DNA of 32,000 nucleotides. Origin: Nitrosococcus oceani ATCC 19707 (lineage in GTDB: Bacteria > Pseudomonadota > Gammaproteobacteria > Nitrosococcales > Nitrosococcaceae). The translations under genes were made by a program, and so were the position numbers. Positions 28,780-32,000 of the stretch are shown one piece after another. The stretch spans positions 360,001-392,000 of the forward strand of contig NC_007484.1 in the NCBI RefSeq assembly GCF_000012805.1. The letters run 5' to 3'. A model generated the notes under the pieces. It saw nothing but the letters and a program-made list of their open reading frames with translations. It made no database searches and was not told where the DNA came from. Numbering within the stretch: position 1 is the first letter of the stretch; every line of letters begins with the position of its first letter.

Positions 28780-30669
28780 TTATTTAGCCACCGGCTGGGG
28801 CTGCCCTTTTTTAAACTGAGCCCAATTCAGCGTGCGGCGCAAATGTCGTCCAGCATCCATCTGTAATGTCCCTGTGGCTCCATCAAAGGTCATATCCTGA
28901 TTCTGCTGGAGGGCCTTTAAATGGGGAATGATTCGGTAAGCATCGACGCCTAAAGCGTAGAATCGTTTCAGTTGTTCAAGATTTCTTGGATAAGCAGCGG
29001 CCAGGCTTTGGTAACTGGGATCATTTTGTGCGTTTTTATCGAGAACCCAAGGAATATCGCAGAATAGTACGCCGTTTAGATCCTGATCATTTTCCGGATC
29101 GGGGTACCCCGTGTAGATATGGGAAGAGCTATAGACAGGCAGTTTCTCTGCTCGGTGGAAGCGGAGCTGGGGGACTAAGAGGCGGGCTTGCCGTGGAAAG
29201 GCGGCGAGAAAAATAAAATCAGCCTCATGGCGCCGCTCTGGCTCAAAGGCTAACTCCTGGAGTGCTCGCTGACGGGATTGGCTATCATCAAGATCGAGTA
29301 AACGTTGAATTAGAGGGGAGTAATCCTCTTTCTCCGGATCATAGGCTTGAGACTTTACCAGGGTGCCACCTAGCCTTTCCCACCGCTCGGCAAAAGCGTC
29401 TTTCACCCGTTGACCCCATTGGGTATTGGGAATGAGGGCTAGGGCGTTGCGGTGTCCATCGTGCCAGGCCCGCTCAGCGACCTCCCGGGCCTCATCTTCC
29501 GGAGAAAGCGTGAATTGATAAAGTTTTTCAATGCCTTCATGGGATTTCTCCAGATAGTTAAGGGCCAGCGTGGGTAATGACAAATCACCGGTTGCGACAA
29601 GCTGTGCCAATGACTGTTTAGTTAGCGGTCCTGCCACAAAATAGGCGCCCTCTGTTTGTGCTTGTTGATAAATGCTATAGATATTGCTGTTACCGGTTTC
29701 AGAGTCAATTTTGACCTCATAGAAACGAATGTTAGATGGCCAGCCATTATTATCATTGTAGTAGGCTGCAAAAAAGCCATTTTGCACGGCTTTGGCGGAA
29801 GCCGCAAACTGGCCTTCCGTGGGGAGTAATAAAGCGATAGAGGGTTGGTAGGCCGTCGTGGGGAGGGTGGCCATCTCGGCCTGAAGCAGGGGCAAGGAGG
29901 CGGAGTGCCCAGGGTAACGGGCCTGCCAGTTTTCTATCGCTTGCTGTAAATCGGGAGAATCCAACTGGTAGCGCTGAAAAAGTCGCGCGAGTTCTAACCA
30001 ACCCTGGAGAGCAGGGGAGAGAGGTTCTTGAGGCAAAGACCCAAAAGTATAGGGAGAGAGGCCCATGAGCAGGCCCCAAAGGGCGCGCTGATTTTCCTGC
30101 AGGGCCTGGGCGTCAGATAGCAAGGGTTCTAATTGAACTCGTTCGCGGGCTGCGGCAAGGGGGTTATCTTCAAGCTCATAGGCTTGCGCCCGGAGCCGAT
30201 GGAGGGCGGCTTGTTGCTCTAGGCTTGGTCCTAAGCTTTCGACGCCTTCTAAGAGGAGCAAGGCCCTTTTCATTTCTCCTTCTGCTATTGCAAGCTGGGC
30301 AGCCAGAAGATGATAGCGGAGCTTCAATGGCGATTCTAAGCTTTCGGGTGCAATACTCTCAAGGAGCATTTTAGCTTCTTGCTGATAATTGCCTTGGAGC
30401 AGAGCAGCAGCAGCATGTAATTGGTAATCTTGACGCTGCGGCGATTGCGCGTCAGCCGCCAGCTGGGTATACGCTGTAGCGGCGGCACGATAGCGTCCTT
30501 CGGCCGCCAGGGCCTTAGCCTGGACAAGTTCTGATGATGGTGCCTGGGGGGAAACCTTGGGAGACGGTGAAGTACAGGCGGTTAGCCCAAGCAGAATGGC
30601 AAGGCCCGCTAACGGCAGGTAATTACCTGCTTTTCGAAAAAAGATCACCATAGGAATAAGAGGATACAT
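28780..30669 (-). CDS. lpoA: Penicillin-binding protein 1A activator lipoprotein LpoA
   Basis: 629 aa. The lipobox is LLGLTAC. It has an N-terminal TPR-like helical domain and a C-terminal periplasmic-binding-protein-like domain. It is divergent from rsmI, as with E. coli yraM/yraL. Confidence 0.85.
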   Translation of the reverse strand: MYPLIPMVIFFRKAGNYLPLAGLAILLGLTACTSPSPKVSPQAPSSELVQAKALAAEGRYRAAATAYTQLAADAQSPQRQDYQLHAAAALLQGNYQQEAKMLLESIAPESLESPLKLRYHLLAAQLAIAEGEMKRALLLLEGVESLGPSLEQQAALHRLRAQAYELEDNPLAAARERVQLEPLLSDAQALQENQRALWGLLMGLSPYTFGSLPQEPLSPALQGWLELARLFQRYQLDSPDLQQAIENWQARYPGHSASLPLLQAEMATLPTTAYQPSIALLLPTEGQFAASAKAVQNGFFAAYYNDNNGWPSNIRFYEVKIDSETGNSNIYSIYQQAQTEGAYFVAGPLTKQSLAQLVATGDLSLPTLALNYLEKSHEGIEKLYQFTLSPEDEAREVAERAWHDGHRNALALIPNTQWGQRVKDAFAERWERLGGTLVKSQAYDPEKEDYSPLIQRLLDLDDSQSRQRALQELAFEPERRHEADFIFLAAFPRQARLLVPQLRFHRAEKLPVYSSSHIYTGYPDPENDQDLNGVLFCDIPWVLDKNAQNDPSYQSLAAAYPRNLEQLKRFYALGVDAYRIIPHLKALQQNQDMTFDGATGTLQMDAGRHLRRTLNWAQFKKGQPQPVAK

Positions 30670-30751
30670 GTCACATCAATATACTTAAAACGGGTAATAT
30701 TAACCGCTACCTGTAAAGCAGCCTAGAGGCAGTCTATCTGATCTTTATTCT

Positions 30752-31597
30752 ATGAACGGTACTCTTTATGTCGTGGCGACGCCTATTGGCAACTTGGGAG
30801 ACTTCAGTCCCCGGGCTCAGGAGATCCTACGGAAGGCAGACCTGATTGCTGCTGAGGATACCCGTCACAGCGCGGCTTTATTGCGTCATTTTGGAATTAC
30901 CACGGCAATGATCTCGTTGCATGAGTATAACGAAAGGCGACGGGCTGAGCTTTTGATTGCTCGTTGTCGGGAGGGTCTTTCGGTGGCGCTGATTAGTGAT
31001 GCTGGGACACCGCTAATCAGCGATCCCGGCTACCGGGTTGTTCGCCAGGCACGGCACGCAGGGATAGAGGTGCTGCCTATCCCTGGTCCCTGCGCTTTGG
31101 TGGCGGCCTTATCGGTGGCGGGGTTGCCTTCTGATCGCTTTGTATTCGAGGGTTTTTTGCCTGCTAAAACGGGTGCTCGACAGGCTCGATTGCTGCAATT
31201 AGCCGAGGAGAGCCGCACACTGATTTTTTATGAGGCGCCTCGCCGTTTGCTAGAGACTCTCCAAGCAATGATAGAAGCGTTTGAGCCGGATAGGGAGGCT
31301 GTGGTTGCGCGGGAGTTGACTAAGCGCTATGAGACAGTCCAGGGGGGAACGCTTTCTTTCCTCCTTAGTTGGGCCAGGCAGACGCCAGAGTCGAGTCGGG
31401 GGGAATTGGTATTATTGGTTCATGGCGCGGAAAAAGAACAAGACGCTATCCAGCAGGAGGCCCTACGGGTACTGCGGCCCCTGGTGGCGGTTTTACCTTT
31501 GAAGCAAGCGGTTGCCCTAGCGGTTGATATTACTGGATTTAAAAAAAATCGCCTTTATCAATTGGCATTGGAGCTACAGGCGGCTAAAAAGCATTGA
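30752..31597 (+). CDS. rsmI: 16S rRNA (cytidine1402-2'-O)-methyltransferase RsmI
   Basis: 281 aa with the tetrapyrrole-methylase fold. The N-terminus reads GTLYVVATPIGNLGDFSPRA, and ISDAGTPLISDPGY and FYEAPRR are present. Confidence 0.93.
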   Translation: MNGTLYVVATPIGNLGDFSPRAQEILRKADLIAAEDTRHSAALLRHFGITTAMISLHEYNERRRAELLIARCREGLSVALISDAGTPLISDPGYRVVRQARHAGIEVLPIPGPCALVAALSVAGLPSDRFVFEGFLPAKTGARQARLLQLAEESRTLIFYEAPRRLLETLQAMIEAFEPDREAVVARELTKRYETVQGGTLSFLLSWARQTPESSRGELVLLVHGAEKEQDAIQQEALRVLRPLVAVLPLKQAVALAVDITGFKKNRLYQLALELQAAKKH

Positions 31598-32000
31598 GCC
31601 ATCTTGTAGCGCGGCTTGCGTTGTTTCTCCCATAGCATTTTTCCGCTCTGGGCTGGGAAAAGCTCAGGATATGTAGCGAGCCTCCATAAAATGAGGCATC
31701 AGCTGATAGGTTTCCATAAAGAGGTGCTGGGTCCTAGCCCATAGCGCTATTCTATTTGCCCTAGCAAGGGGGTAAAAGGATAGGTTTAAATAGCGTTAGT
31801 TTTGAGATTAGTGATAGTAACCACAAGCAGCAGTAAGTGATTTGTCGACCTTGTTTCCGCAGGTTTACTTCCGCTTGCCATAGGTTTTGAAGCGGCGGTA
31901 TTTCATAATTCGTAGCGAATGCGGTGGTGAATTTGGGGAGCGCTTCATGCTATCCATGAAACGTTCGGTTGCGGGCTTATCGATTTTTAAGCAGATTTCA

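Noticed and set aside
31598-32000. RNase P RNA (rnpB) next to rsmI, as seen in Pseudomonas
   Set aside because: The universally conserved P4 strands (GAGGAAAGTCCGG and ACAGAANCCGGCTTA) are absent on both strands. The only similarity is a weak GCGGGCTTATCG resemblance at the extreme edge.

Overview
This window looks like core chromosome of a roughly 50% GC gammaproteobacterial chemolithoautotroph. A Nitrosococcus-like organism is my guess, not a demonstrated result. I can support 25 protein-coding genes. I saw no rRNA, tRNA, CRISPR array, transposase, integrase or phage genes.

The gene content falls into these parts:
- A truncated red-type form I RuBisCO large-subunit gene (cbbL) runs off the left edge and is missing from the ORF track. 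It is divergent from a LysR regulator (cbbR).
- Three gene blocks are arranged as in E. coli: orn / queG / nnr-tsaE-amiB-mutL, then trxB / (ald where E. coli has lrp) / ftsK-lolA, then dolP-diaA-yraN-lpoA / rsmI.
- Accessory-looking genes sit at the joints between those blocks. They are three c-di-GMP turnover proteins (a 979-aa sensor with PAS-GGDEF-EAL, and an operon of HD-GYP plus degenerate-GGDEF/EAL), a GlcD-like FAD oxidase with a DUF2007/zinc-ribbon protein, an M48 peptidase, and a small islet at about 14.0-16.9 kb.

I do not see a convincing multi-gene novel system such as a defence or mobile module. The 14.0-16.9 kb islet is the most unusual part:
- It holds a GC-rich, Cys-rich exported orphan protein.
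- Upstream of that gene is about 0.5 kb of ORF-free DNA with strong strand asymmetry and a sigma-54-like -24/-12 element.
- An E. coli-type Dam methylase lies next to it, outside its usual gene context.

Secondary leads:
- MutL lacks the endonuclease motif, which together with Dam suggests methyl-directed mismatch repair.
- An orphan intrinsic terminator in the nnr-queG spacer could mark an sRNA or an attenuator.
- Two mini-ORFs with strong Shine-Dalgarno sequences, plus an 11-bp direct repeat, lie upstream of ftsK.
- lolA may start at a non-ATG codon.

All functional calls come from reading motifs by eye and from synteny. No database search was possible.
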